A program made the translations under genes and the position numbers. A stretch of DNA of 64,000 bases, from NCBI GenBank assembly GCA_028534125.1, contig CM052828.1, positions 39,804,001 to 39,868,000 of the forward strand. The letters are read 5' to 3'. Shown piece after piece: positions 23,936 through 36,889 of this stretch. Origin of the DNA: Lama glama (taxonomy: Eukaryota). Each line of letters begins with the position of its first letter. Position 1 is the stretch's first letter. Under the pieces are notes generated by a model, which did no database searches, was not told where the DNA came from, and saw only the letters and a program-made list of their open reading frames with translations.

Positions 23936-24399
23936 TTTTATTAATAAAAGCATGAAAACTAGGTGAATTTTTCAACCAAGGAATCAACTTTAGGCATCTT
24001 GCAGATATTGATTTATACTAATAGCAGCCAATTAATTTAAGTTGAAAATGTGCTGATCTTTAAAATAATTTCTAAAACTAACTTGCTACCAAATAAACAA
24101 ACAAAACCCAAGCAAACGAAAAATCCCAAATATTTATTATGTTCTACATGCAAAGTACCTTATGACACAGTAATCCTCCAAAGAAATTTTAAACCAGGAG
24201 GCAGAGGCAGACACATTAGAAGTCAAGTCTAGATAATAGATTTATTATTATCTCAAACTCACTAGTGGCTCAGGAAGAAACACAGATTTCCTGATACCAA
24301 ATCCAAGAGAAATACATGCTCACAATCAGGCTTTTGATGAGAACTGGATGTTGGAGAGTTTGCATTTATGGTTTCTGGCAGAATCTCAGATTGCTATGT

Positions 24400-24617
24400 C
24401 AAGGGTCAGCAAACTTCTACAGAGGACCAGATAGTTCATATTTCAGTCTTTGTGGGCCATACGGCTTCTCTTGCGACTACTTAGCTCTACCGTTAAAATG
24501 TGAAAACAGTCAAGGGACAATAAGTAAACAAATGTCATGTCTATGTTCCAATAAAACTTTATTTACAAAAACAAGCAGCAGGTGAGTTTGGCTCATAAGC
24601 TGTAGTTTACCAGCCTG
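24400..24617 (-). mobile_element. MER58A (hAT-Charlie), near full length
   Basis: caagggtcagcaaactt...gggccatacgg...tgttccaataaaactttatttacaaaaacaagcagcagg...tgtagtttaccagcctg. Confidence 0.85.
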
Positions 24618-25354
24618 GGCTCTATGTTATTAATTAAAAGAAGAGTTGTCAATTTCAAAGATTTTTTGACAGTCATATTAGTGAAAACTAGAAGCTGTTT
24701 TTTAGATTGCTGATTGTTTCATGGAGCTGATCGCCTGTTCCTCATGGCTTGGGGCAGAGTGGAAGTGGATCAAAATTCCTCTCAGCATTAAATAGTGGTC
24801 CTTCCTGCTCTGTACAGATAAGCAGGCTGTTACCCACCACCTTACAAGGACTGACTGAGATTGAGGAGTTCCTGTCTCAGACATGAAAATATCTCTTCCA
24901 GAGAGAACAGACTGAGAGATTATTAACAAGTGCCCTAGAGCGGCAGCGGGTCATTTAAAGGGAAGTTCATAATTTTCTAGAATATTTCTCAAAAAGCTGT
25001 GAGGAAATCAGAGACCTTAAAAAGCAAGAATTTTGCTGGTGTTGTGTTCTCATATTGGGCAGTGACTGAAAATGTCCTTCATTTCTAAACTCAATCCCTT
25101 CTTAAAAGTTAAGAGTTTGGTAACTTCAGAATGCCATACTAGTCCATTCCAACCCAGAAGAATCATCTCCTTCTCTAGTACTTTTTGCCAAGTAAAACTT
25201 CAAGAAATATTATATATGAAAGTGATCATTCCAGCACCAGGCACTTAGTGGTCCCTCAGAGGTAATTTGTTGAATTTGAATCTGTATCTTCAGAGAGAAG
25301 CAAAATTAATTTCAGCTCAACAAAATTACTGAAATGTGCAGAGAATGAAGTAAT

Positions 25355-25700
25355 TAATTGAGTTTGAAGAAGTCAAGGAAGGCTTCACTGAGGAGGTTCC
25401 CTTTGATCACAGGCCTAATGGAATTAGATTTGCACCAACTAGGCAAAGAATATCAGAGTTGGGGAGGGGCAGTGGGCACTACTGGCAGAAGAAACAGCAC
25501 GAGCAAAGGCATATGGTATAAGGGGGTGTGAAAGCTTCTGGAATAGAAAGCACTTTGTTTTGATGTGAAGAAGCCATGGAAGATGAAGCTGGAGAGGGAA
25601 GCAAGACACTACCCAGCTGAAAGGAAGAAGCCATGGAAGATGAAGCTGGAGAGGGAAGCAAGACACTACCCAGCTGAAAGGAACGTAGAGGCAGAGTAAG
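25355..25700 (-). mobile_element. L2 fragment containing a tandem duplication
   Basis: gtcaaggaaggcttcactgaggaggt...ggcagaagaaacagcacgagcaaaggc...gaagatgaagctggagagg. Confidence 0.65.
25567..25680. repeat. Perfect 57-bp tandem duplication (2 copies)
   Basis: gaagaagccatggaagatgaagctggagagggaagcaagacactacccagctgaaag at 25567-25623 and 25624-25680, identical. Confidence 0.97.
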
Positions 25701-26904
25701 ACCAACAGCAGAGGCCTCCATCTCAGAGCTAAGATTCGCTGGGAGACTCACGTGCAGAACAGAATCAGATGATGATCAAGGCCCCTGCCCTTGTCTGGAG
25801 CCCTGAGAAACAAAGAGACGGGATCAGCACTAGGATCCATACATCACCATGTCCCACCCCCAACACCAGCCGCGGAGCTCCGAGAAGGGTCAAGTTCCCC
25901 CAGTCACAGAAAGAGTGCCCTGCAAAGTAAAGAGGGAGATGAGTCAATGTTCTTTTTCCTGCCACCAAAGGCTTCAGACACGGCATCTTTCAATAAGCCA
26001 TTCAGGTGAAGGTCCTAAGGCTGCCTGGCCATCTTGAACCTTTGCCAGGTTCAAGAATGAATTGCAATAACTTGTACTGTTTGGGCTCGAATTAAAAAAA
26101 GGGAAGGAGAATTAAAAAATAATAAAATTCTCCCTTTGTTTCTTCATTTCCCCACGGGGTTCTCCGCACCCTGGGAATCCAATCCAGCGGCTTCCCTGAG
26201 GCTGGCACCCGTGGCTTTCGCCTGGCCTCCGACGACCACGAGCAGCCGCAACCCCACTCTGCACTCAGCTTTTATTCAGGCTACGAAGGCTTTCTCACCT
26301 TTGGAAATCGCACACTACTGCCTCATCCAAAGGAAAAAAGCTGCCTTTTAAATAAAGCTAAGACTTTCCGACATAATCACTCTAGCACTTGCAAATATAA
26401 TGCTCTTGTTTCATTGTGATCTCTTCATTGGTTCCTAGACCTCAGGCTCCACAGGGAATGCCACAAATTCACACGTTATCTCTGAAAAACAGAGCCAGCC
26501 CTTGCAGCTCTGATTTACCTAAAAAAGGGGCGGTGGAGGAAAAAAGAGAAAAACAACATATTCATGTTGCCAGACAGCTCCTTGTCAGTGACACATATGA
26601 GAAAGCTTAAAGTCTAAGTTACTATAGAAAAAGTGCACATTTTCTATCAGCAACTTGCCTTCTGGATCTTTTGTTGCTGTTGTCTTTTGGCAGGGAGCTT
26701 TAGGATAATTTTTACTTGTTCCTGTTTTCACCATAGAACCTGTCAACAGGGAAAGTAGGGGTGGTACAAAAAGACATTCCAGACAGCGTGAAGCCATGGG
26801 AGGAGTCAACAGCCTGTGCCAGCAGACAGAGCTGGGCTTGAAGCCCACTGTGATTAGCTGGGTGACCAGAGTTAATTCCTTCAAACTCCCTGACTCTATT
26901 TCTT

Positions 26905-26986
26905 TTCTTATTTTTTAAATTGAAGTATAGTTGATACATAATATTGTTTTAGTTTCTGGTGTGCAGCACAGTGATTCATTTATTTT

Positions 26987-27026
<40 letters not shown>

Positions 27027-27730
27027 ATATTCCTTTTCAGATTCTTTTCCATTATAGGTTATTACAAGATATTGAATATAGTTCTCTGTGCTATACAGTA
27101 GGTCCTAGTTGTTTATCTGTTTTGTATATAGTAGTTTGTATGTGCTAATCCCAAACTCCTAATTTATCCCTCCTTCCCTTTTCCCCTTTGGTAAGCTTGT
27201 TTTCTATGTCTGTGAGTCTGTTTCTGTTTTGTCAATAAGTTCATTTGTATCACTTTTTAGATTCTACTTACAAATGACATCATATGGTATTTGTCTTTCT
27301 CTGTCTGACTTACACTTCACTTAGTACGATAATCTCTAGGTGTAACCATGTGGCTGCAAATGGCATTATTTCATTATTTTTATGGCTGAGTAGTATTCCA
27401 CTGTGTACATATATCACAACTTCTTTATCCAATCATCTGTCGATGTACATTTAGGATGCTTCCATGTCTTGGCCATTGTAAATAGTGCTGCTATGAACAT
27501 AGGGTGTATGTGTCTTTCAGAATTAGAGTTTTCTCCAAATACATACCCAGGAGTGAGATTGCTGGATTATTATATGGTAACTCTATTTTAATTTTTTCAA
27601 GGAACCTCCATAATGTCTTCCATAGTGGCTGCACCAATTTACATTCCCACCAACAGCGTAGGAGGGTTCCTTTATCTCCACACCCTCTCCAGCATTTATT
27701 ATTTGTAGAATTTTTGATGATGCCCTGAGG
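26905..27730 (-). mobile_element. 5'-truncated L1 (ORF2 C-terminal end and 3'UTR) with perfect 11-bp TSD
   Basis: Reverse L1 3' end (ttgaagtatagttgatac...gctgagtagtattccactgtg...ccattgtaaatagtgctgctatgaacatagg); ctctatttctt at 26894-26904 and 27731-27741. Confidence 0.92.
26989..27028. repeat. (CA)n microsatellite inside L1 3'UTR
   Basis: Direct inspection. Confidence 0.9.
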
Positions 27731-28116
27731 CTCTATTTCTTATCATCATAAATAGCTCATAAGATTGGAGAGATTAAAATAGACAGCATGTTGATGTAAA
27801 TCCTCTAAGAAGCAAGCATCAGGAAAGTCCATTAAGGGAAACATCTAGGGGTAACATGAGGAGGGAACAGGGGGAGGTAGGAAAAGCCTTCAGACCACAG
27901 TGCCATCTGGCACCTGAAGGAGAGAGGGAAGAGACAGAAAACTAGATGGAAGAGTCTTGACTGTAGATCTAAGAAATTTCAGGAAGGCCGTGGGGGGCGA
28001 GTACTCAAGCTTTAGTGGCTCTTCAGAGAACATGCCTCTTCTCCCAGAAACAGATCTTCCTTTGTATCCCTACACACTCAACCATTGGCTGGGAACAGCC
28101 CATGGAAGTGTGGCTT

Positions 28117-28887
28117 TGTGATGTGATTTATGATAAAAAATATATATGTGATCTGTGTCTCATTTCTGGCACAGAACTCCTAAAACTCTTGGAATTTCCT
28201 AAGTGATAAGAGCCATGCAGGTGTCTTTTGATATGTTAATGAGGTGACTTGCTATGCCCCTCGGTCCCCCAAAGAGAGGGGCATGGTTCCAAGAAACCTT
28301 GCAATTAGAGGGTTGGAAATTTCTGACCCATTTACCCAGGAGAAGAAAAGGGCTGGAAATTGAGATCAATTGCCAATGGCTCATGATTTCATCATTTGAG
28401 CCTATGTAATGAAGCCTCCATAAAAATCACAAAAGCCGGGGTTCAGAGAGTTTCTGACTTGGTGAACATGGAGATGCCAGGAGGGTGGTATGCGTGGAGA
28501 AGGCATGGAAGCTCCACACCCTTTCCCCACACCTTGACCTGTGCTTCTCTTCCATCTGGCTGTTCCTGAGCTACATCCTTTTATAATAAATCGATAATCT
28601 AAGAAGTAAAATGTTTCTCTCATACCTGTGAGCCACTCTAGCTAATTAATCAAAACCAAAGAGGGGGAGTCATTGGAACTTCCGATTTATAGACAATTGA
28701 TCAGAAGTAAGGTTAACCACCTGGGCTTTCAACTGGCATCTGAAGGCAGTGGCAGTTTTGAAAGACTGAGCCCTTAACCTGTGAGATCTGATAAGTATCT
28801 CCAAGTACACAGTGTCAGAATTGAGCTGAATTATAGGACACCCCAGCTGGTATTCAAGAATTGCTTGGTGGTATGGGAGACACCCCC

Positions 28888-28942
<55 letters not shown>

Positions 28943-28977
28943 GAATTGATGACCAGAACCCTTTAGGCTTCCATACA
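28117..28977 (+). mobile_element. MER21-type solo LTR
   Basis: TG...CA ends; ctggcacagaactcctaaaactcttggaatttcct...ttagagggttggaa...gtaatgaagcctccataaaa...gactgagcccttaacctgtgagatctga; TSD ggctt/gactt. Confidence 0.85.
28889..28940. repeat. (CA)n microsatellite in MER21
   Basis: About 26 uninterrupted CA units. Confidence 0.95.
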
Positions 28978-29744
28978 GACTTAGTGATGGATTTTGGAGC
29001 CCATCACTGGGCTGGGGCCAGTTAATTACACCCCCTGTTTAAAAAAAATCAGAGAGGCATACCCTCATAGCCACCATCAATTGCATATGAAAGCACTTTG
29101 CTCAGTAATTGGCATGTATAAGTCAATCAATCTATGTATTTCCCCCCTCTTAGATTATCAGACATTTGTTCACAGGCTGAATGAAGAGTATTTTCTTCAG
29201 TGTTTCAATCAAATTTGAGATGTAAGTTGACCTTTGATGAAATGCAATATACATATTGGTAACATTGCACTCAAATTTGAAAAAAAAGAATGTTTTTCAT
29301 CATAAAGATCAAGGAGGGAAGAGGATGAAAGGTTAGCATTCTTCCAGCAAATACAAGTTCTCCATCCCCACTCACCAAGAGCAGCATTCCCAGGATCGCA
29401 ACATCATGCCCACATTTCTAGGTCAGATGACAAAATGTTTCCAGCCAGTTACACAAACTTAAATCATGACCGACATGCTTTCAAGCAATAAACTCCTATT
29501 CTTCCAGTTGCCACATGTTGATAAAACAGTTCGTTCCCTGACATCCAGTAAAAATCATCTGTAGCTTCAGACCTTTATTCTCTCAACTACTGCAGCTTCC
29601 AACACAGGAGACCTCAAAATTCAGCATCCCTTTCTTACTGATCAAGGATTTCCTGTGAAACTAGGAGTCTACACTTTGGCATCTATATGGCTTTCAGGTC
29701 CTCGTCCAAACATCCTTAAGTAGGAATGCACAAGTAATGCATAC

Positions 29745-29975
29745 CTGTACCCAGACTTGGTTTCAGTTATCTGGGATTTCCATCCCAGGCTCTTACTCAC
29801 TTTTTGACCTTGGGAACCTTACTTAACCTCTGTGAATCTCAGCATCTTCATGCACAAGACGGAAACAATAGTACCTTACCTTGAAAAGCTGTTACGAGGT
29901 TTAGAGATGAGAAATGCAAATTACTTCATCTGGCACTTAATTCATAATAGGTGCTCAATAAATTATAACTAATAT
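29745..29975 (+). mobile_element. MIR SINE
   Basis: ttgaccttgggaaccttacttaacctctgtgaatctcagcatcttcatg...aatagtacct...ataggtgctcaataaatt. Confidence 0.8.
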
Positions 29976-31659
29976 CTTTCCTAGACTCTGAGCCATAGGG
30001 AGATATACAGGAAAGATGTTCCTACATGCACTATATAATGCTTTATCACTTACACCTCCCCCAAAAAGAATGCAACAGTAAACTACAATAATTAACATAG
30101 TTACACTTGCTTAGACAATATATGATTATGAGTTGATATATAGTTTAAAATAGTGAACATAAGATTTTAAAAGAATGATAAATAAACCTCTTAAATCTGG
30201 GAGTAGCAGTGTTCTCTGTCTTAAACTCAGCCCCAAGGTGCACACTTACTGAATCATACATGTAAAATTAGAAGGTAAATTCTACCAAATATTTGCTATT
30301 GGTTGCTTCATGGCATCTTCCCAATCAAAGCCCTGCTAATCTTTACAAACCAGCAGCAGAGCATCAGCATTAGATATTTTTCTGACTTTTTAAAAAATAT
30401 TTTCTTAGTTTATTTCATACTTTGATTTTGCATGCCTGAGTCCAAGTGTACACTCCTTTTCGACCAAATTGACTTATTCTTTCCCCTAGGAAACAGGGCC
30501 TTCTCTGAAATGTATGGATCCTCTCCTGCCAAGAAGAGAAGAGTCTTCCTATCTTAATCAGGTCAAGGCCCCTCCTTGCTAGGCCCAGAGGTTACTCAGC
30601 AGTAGCTGGTACAGAGAATGATTCCCGCTCTGCAACTGTCTGTTACCATGGAGACATGCTAATTAGTGGATTATGAGAAAGCAGAGGAGTTCAGGGTCTA
30701 TGAAACCATGAGATCGAAAGGGAAATGAATGGAAAAATATGGACGAAAGGAAATTCGGGGATTTTAAGGGGCAAAATGTAGGTAAAAAAGTCCTGGGATG
30801 ATAGGGTCACAATGACAAAGTGGAATAGGGGTATGAGGAGAGAATACCAATGACAGAGACTCATTGATTGTGAGTTTGAAGAAATGAAAGGTAAAGACTG
30901 CAGCTTAAGAGAAGAAATGGGAAACTCAAGTTGTGCCAAGTACCAAGTCACAAGACCCCAGAACGTTGAAGACCCAAATTTTACAGGTGTTGAATGACAG
31001 GATTATTTTTTTCTAAAGGAAAAGAAGTGTGACATTCAGGGCCATCAAAATAGATTGCAAATCTCTGCAGACATTTCTGTGTAACAACTTGAATTCACAT
31101 TCACCAATCCATCATAATTTGCTGGGTGGAATGTCAATGTGCCAATGCATGGGATTTTTTCAATTCTCTGAGCAAAATGTGCCCTTGAATTTCTATATCC
31201 AGCCCTCCAAGGAATAATGGTGCAGAAAAGGAATGTAGCTGGAATTTCAGGAGTTATGTTTTAAAAAGATAATGTAGAGATAAAATTGCTATACTTATGG
31301 GCATACAAGTACTTACATACCTTGGGCATATTGAGAACTTGACTAGTTGGTATCATCTCTCCTCTAAAGAGATAATTTCATACTACATTAATACAAATAT
31401 GTTCTATTTTATTTATTATATTATACATTATTCATCACACATTACTGCTGTGCTACACTTGATCTGTTGACACATTTTGAAAGAGAGACATTTTATGCAA
31501 GTGCAGTGATATTGTTGGCATTCTAGTAAGCAGAGTGAGCAGGCTACCTGTGAAGGTATTATGACCAGACTCAGCCCAGACGTGAAAGAAGAGAACTGGC
31601 CCATTGTGTTCCTTGCAGGAGAATTACCTAGTTAGGTGAGTCTTTTGTGCAAAGTTATT

Positions 31660-32090
31660 CTCATCTGCCCTTGACCATGAGCATATTCACAGCATTCCAG
31701 ACCTTGGAAATTCCCTCTAACCTTGGCTCTCCCTGCCTTCAAATTTCTACCTGTACCATCTACTCAGACTGCCTTCCACCTTATGGATTCCCTCTCAGCC
31801 TTCAAACTCAAATCACACACCATCTCCTCAGCAGAGGCCTGCCTACACCTTCACAAGCAATTAGCATAAGTCCCCTTCTTAATGAATCCGAAGCACTTTG
31901 TACCTTGTGGAGTTTAATTCCTGACATTTTGACTATTTTTTAACGTAACTGTCTATCCCATATGACGAACTCCTTAAGCACAGAGACTACATCTCATGCA
32001 CCTTTATACCCTCCAGTATCCTCAGCACCCAGCACAGTGCTTAGGAAACAGCAGGTGCTTGTTCAATATGTACTGGATGAGTACATATAG
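31660..32090 (+). mobile_element. L2 3' end
   Basis: ccttcaaactcaaatcacacaccatctcctcag...gaactccttaagcacagagactac...cagcacccagcacagtgct...gttcaatatgtactggatgag. Confidence 0.7.
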
Positions 32091-34320
32091 TAAATTATAA
32101 CTAGTAACTAACCTGCAGAGTGATATAAATTTTACCAAGGACTTTGGTGCCTCTACAGTGTAAGCTTCTTAAATGCTTGGGCCTCTTTTTCTCATCTCTC
32201 ACTTTAGGATATTAACTCAACAGGTGCTCAGTTCAAATCTGTTAGATGAGTATCCAGATCCAGAATTATCCAGAGACCCAGTGCTCCTTCCAAAGTCAAT
32301 AGTTCCTCGGCAACGTGAGAAAGCTTAAAAATGCCTCTTCTCTGTCAACAGAGATCAAATTCTGCCAACACAAATGTATTAAAAGATAGTCTTTCCTAGT
32401 CAGTGGATTTTACCCCCAAACTGACAAACACCAGATGTGAATGTTTTAGCAGTCACAGGAGTTCTCAAACAACTCGAGCTCTCTTCAGCTCTATGGGCAG
32501 GTTACCGATCCAGGTTCTAACACCAGGGGGAGCCAGCCTCAGAGTGAGGTCTGGAGGGGAGGGACCACTTGGCTAAGGAGGAACCAAGAGCATAGACCGT
32601 CTACAGCCTGTTGACTTCCTCTCTACCACTCTGCTTTCTCTAAAATCTTTTAATCATGGTAATGAAAGTCACCATCTCAGTGACTATTACATTGCAAGTG
32701 TTTGTGAAAAGCACCATTTGAGGGAGGGAGCACCATGATCTCTAGGAAATCAGCTGCCCCTCCCTGCCTGACTCCCAGCCACACTTCTGAGTTATGCCAG
32801 AAGTGTTAAGGAAGTATTTGGATTCACAGACATGACAAACATAAAGCCAGATCACTCTCTAACCCTAAAGTATCTCCCCCATCAATCCTGAAAGAGCAAA
32901 CTCCCACACTACTAACCACTGCAGGTGAACTTGATGGCTCATATTTAAAAAAAATAAATAAATCATATTGCTCTCACCCTCGAAGAACACTGAGAATGAG
33001 ACACAGGGCAGATCCTCCGGGATGGGGCAGAGGAAAAGAGGAGGCACATAGGGCCCTGGGAAAGAGGGCAGGCTGAGTGGTGATGCTTTCCTGGAAGATT
33101 CTTAACAACCAGTAAACAGCTTGAAAATACTAAGTAATCAAAGACCATAAGGTGGAGTGGATGAGAGGGAGGGAGTCAGGAAAGGAGGATGGAAAGAGCT
33201 AAATACAAATTCAGTTGTCACATGGTTTTAACTCAGGACAACCGTGGTGAAAATCAAAACCAGGTCATCTTTCTCTAGGCCATTACACACAAAAGCATGG
33301 GATGGTCCTTTGAATAAGTGCTCCAGCGCCACACATCAGGCAATCTCCCATTGCCAAAAATATACAGCAATTGTATGCTTGTAAATGTGGTATGTATGTC
33401 TGTATTTTAATATGTCCAATTAGGTATAAAACCCAGGGGTCCCCATAAAGGGGTTACAAATCAGAAAGCCTTCCTGTAGAATTTTAAATGAAAAGGATTC
33501 CATAAACTTCTAAATTTCATTCTCATGCGTTTAGTTTGTTTCACATCTAAAACTGCCCCACTACTTTTGGCCAGATATTTTAGAGATTTATTTGATCACA
33601 GATGAACTCTCCCAAATAAGAGGACATAAGCAGATCAGGGTAAATCCATTACCTCAAAGCAATAAAGCCTGGATCAACATGATCTCAACAGTCTCATTCC
33701 ACGTATGTCAGGCAACATGCCTCACGTCCAGTTATGAAGACCCCAGTTTATAAAAACACCCAGAGATGGTGGAATGATAGCTTTAACTTCACACAAAACA
33801 TTTTTCTTTTTTGCAAATTTTCAGAAGACTCCACTTCTCAGGCCAACAGAGCTTTTATATTTAAGAGGTAGCATATATTTTCCCAGATAAACTTTCAAAA
33901 TATTATTAACATCAGTTATTCTTAACATTTACTTAGTGCGTATATTCTTTACAGACCAACATCCGGAACTTAAGTTGTAATTTACTTTGTTATAGAAATT
34001 GTAATTTAGAAATTATCTAAGAGAATAAGCCCTTGAACCAGTGAACCACCCAGTTAATCTGCCCTAAACCTCTCTGCCACGTGCATTCAGAATCCCGAAT
34101 TCCTCCACCACAGACGGAACCCTCACTCCTACCTGTGTCTGCACACTGTCTGTGGGCTGCCGTCTGTGGCTCTGGCTCCTTCTCACCACTCTCAGTGTCT
34201 CTCAGTGGTTTCTGGAACTTTTCCAGCCTTTTCAATTTTTTAATTGCCATATTGCGTTTTTGAATAACAGAAAGATTACACAGCAAAAAATGAAAATTCT
34301 GCCAATGCACCAAGTCCTTC

Positions 34321-34653
34321 TGCCTTAGTCTATTTGGACTGCAAACAAAATACCACGGATTAGGTGACTTTTAAACAACAAAAACTTCTTTTCATAGTCC
34401 TGGAGGCTGGAAGTCCAGGGTTTGGGTGTCAGGATAGTCAAGTGAGGGCTGCTTACTGTTTAATCCGCACATGATGGGAGGGGCTGCAGAGCACTGTTAG
34501 GGGTCTTTTTTATCAGGACATTAATCTGTTTATGAGAGCACCACCCTCATGACCTAATCACTCCCAAAGTCCCCACCTCCTAACTCCATCACATTGGGTG
34601 TTAGGATTCCAGTGTGTGAATTCTGGGAAGACACAAACATTCAGAACAGAGTA
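34321..34653 (-). mobile_element. MLT1A-type MaLR solo LTR
   Basis: tgccttagtctatttggactgc...ctggaggctggaagtcca...caccctcatgacctaatcactcccaaag...acacaaacattcaga; 5-bp flanks ccttc/ctttc. Confidence 0.85.
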
Positions 34654-36889
34654 CTTTCCATCACACCAAAAGATAGGATCCCACTTCTGGGTAACCTGAT
34701 GGAGTGAAGGGGAGGGGAGCCAATAAGGAATTTCTAAGTGCAAATCTAGAAGCTGGAAAATAAATAAGCTAAGTAAAAACAGAAAAGAAATGATGAGAAG
34801 CTCACAGTAAATAAACACCTCGGAGTAAGTTAATAACATGACACTATAGTGTTTACAAAACAATTTGAATATTAGGCTGCACAAAAGCACCACTTTCTCC
34901 ATATTAATCAGTTTCAGTCAGACTTCTATGGAGATGCACAGACCCTGACGTAAGGGTGGGAAATGGAGAATCCAGGGCAGGTTCAAAACCTGTCACCAAG
35001 ATGACTAAAGTGCTTGGGAGGTCTACTTACTGTCTTTGAGTGTATGAGGGGCTCCCACCCAGAGTACAGTGACCACAGAAGAATGGACTCGAACCCATGT
35101 ATAAGGCATGAGGCATTGGACTCAAGACACTTTCTGGCTTTGAGTGTTATTGAATAATTGATTCAGACAATGAACTGGATTAAGGACTCACCCTTGAACC
35201 TCTTTCAAAATAAGATAATTTTTCATTTCTCCATACCTAAGAAAGGAACGGGGAAGACTTCTTTTAAGTTCTCCAGTTCAGTCAATTCTTGATTATCTGT
35301 GATTCTATACTGAGTTATCAATTATTCAAACAATTTAGAGAAAAGCAATTTTTCTCCTAAAAGCTGATATTTAAATATCAGATACCCAACCCTATATCTC
35401 AGCTTTCAGGGCTCTTCAATTGAAAGGCACCACAACATTGAAATATTATTATCAACAATTCTAAAATGAATTTTTAATTTTGTTAGGCACAATAAGAACT
35501 TGAAGTTTGTCCTCAACTAGGAAAATATATATACACTTGTTTAAAGAAAATCAGTCAGATTTTCTGTGTCCTAATTCCAGTGATATGTTTCTCTCTCCCA
35601 GCTCCGCTGAGTCACTTAAAACCAGTGAAATGGAGTAATTTCATAACAGCCCAAATAGGGCAGAATTGGAAAAAAAAAAGTGACATAACTTTATGTCACT
35701 GACAGTCTTTCCCACAGAAATGTTTAAATCTTTTTTTTTTTTCATTGTCAAGGGCAAAGGCCTCAAGAAAACGAGCTCTTGTAATCTTGTTATTCCCTCC
35801 CCAACATCTAATAAGCATTCTTACTGTGGGATTCTTTTTTTTCTCAAAAGAAGTAAAAACAGAACATAAGTAGTTCATCAGCACATCTCTTAAAGATACT
35901 GTATCTTTTTTCTTTTCAATGTGACAACAAATTAATTGTTGATGTTCTCAAATTTCTGAACACTTAGACTTTTAAACAAAATTATGATGTGAATATAGTT
36001 TTAAAAGAAAAAGAAGACAAAAAAACAAAAGTCTCCTTCTAAAAAGATAAACCTTTGTTCCTGGAAGATGGAAAGCACCTTTAGAACTCTGAGAAAACTA
36101 TTCAAAGAAAGACAAAATGAATACAAAAGAACTTAGAAATAAAAAGAGAGACCTTTAAACATTGTTGCAAATAGTGGACTTGATAAGTTTTCTCATCTGC
36201 TTAGCAAGTCAGTAATGAGGAAGAACATGAAATACTTTACCTGAAAATCTGAGGCCTTTGCATACATACCTGGAAAGTTTTACAGTAATTCCTCATAAGT
36301 GTTGCTCTTAAAGAATGTTTTTAAAAATCTGGCTGTTAAGCACACTCTAGAACTTATATTCCTCTCATACTTTAGACTTATTTCAACAGTAAGTAAAAGT
36401 TTACTTTTCCCAGTGCTAACATACCAAACATGCCAAATAACTGGTAATGTTAACATTTTCTGTTTGTACATCTTAAGGATACAGATGTTACTAATCATAG
36501 AATTTAGATAAATTTATATTTTATCAAAGGAAAACCCCACTTTCATGATGATACCTATGCCTTTAGGTATTTTTCCTAGGAAAAATTATTTATCTACCAC
36601 TGTGTATATAAAGACAAGAGAACAGAGTGTGGTATGGCATATGGCATATAACATTATACAAGCTACTGAGTTACTTTTGCTAGTGTGTTTTTTTCTTAAA
36701 TTGGTGTTTATATGCTTTTATAGGTTTAGCCTGGAGCCTTATATGTAGTTAGTGCTCAATAAATACCAGTGATGTATTTGGGAAGAGGGAGTTGTCTTAA
36801 TCTACATAATCACTCCACTTTACTTTGCTTGCTAAATTCAGATAGGCTAAGAAATTAAGAATTTTTGCTCTTTGAAAGATATTATTTAT

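Larger units (their letters stand above)
27775..29040 (-). mobile_element. LTR16B-like ERVL LTR, split by MER21
   Basis: gccttcagaccacagtg...ggaagagtcttgactgtag...accattggctgggaacagcccatggaagtgtggctt; resumes after 28977 (...gccagttaattacacccc). Confidence 0.6.

Noticed and set aside
25567-25680. CRISPR-like array
   Set aside because: Only two directly adjacent copies, no spacers, eukaryotic context
25439-25751. ORFs with internal peptide repeats
   Set aside because: They are a by-product of the 57-bp (19-codon) tandem duplication in an L2
16666-27915. CTCF-like motifs (near 16668, 23615, 27900)
   Set aside because: Each has mismatches at core positions, and two lie inside old repeats
5203-35615. 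AP-1/NF-E2 sites (tgagtca at 5203, 17485, 18551, 25940; gctgagtcac at 35606)
   Set aside because: The count is about what a 7-mer gives by chance in 64 kb, and the sites do not cluster
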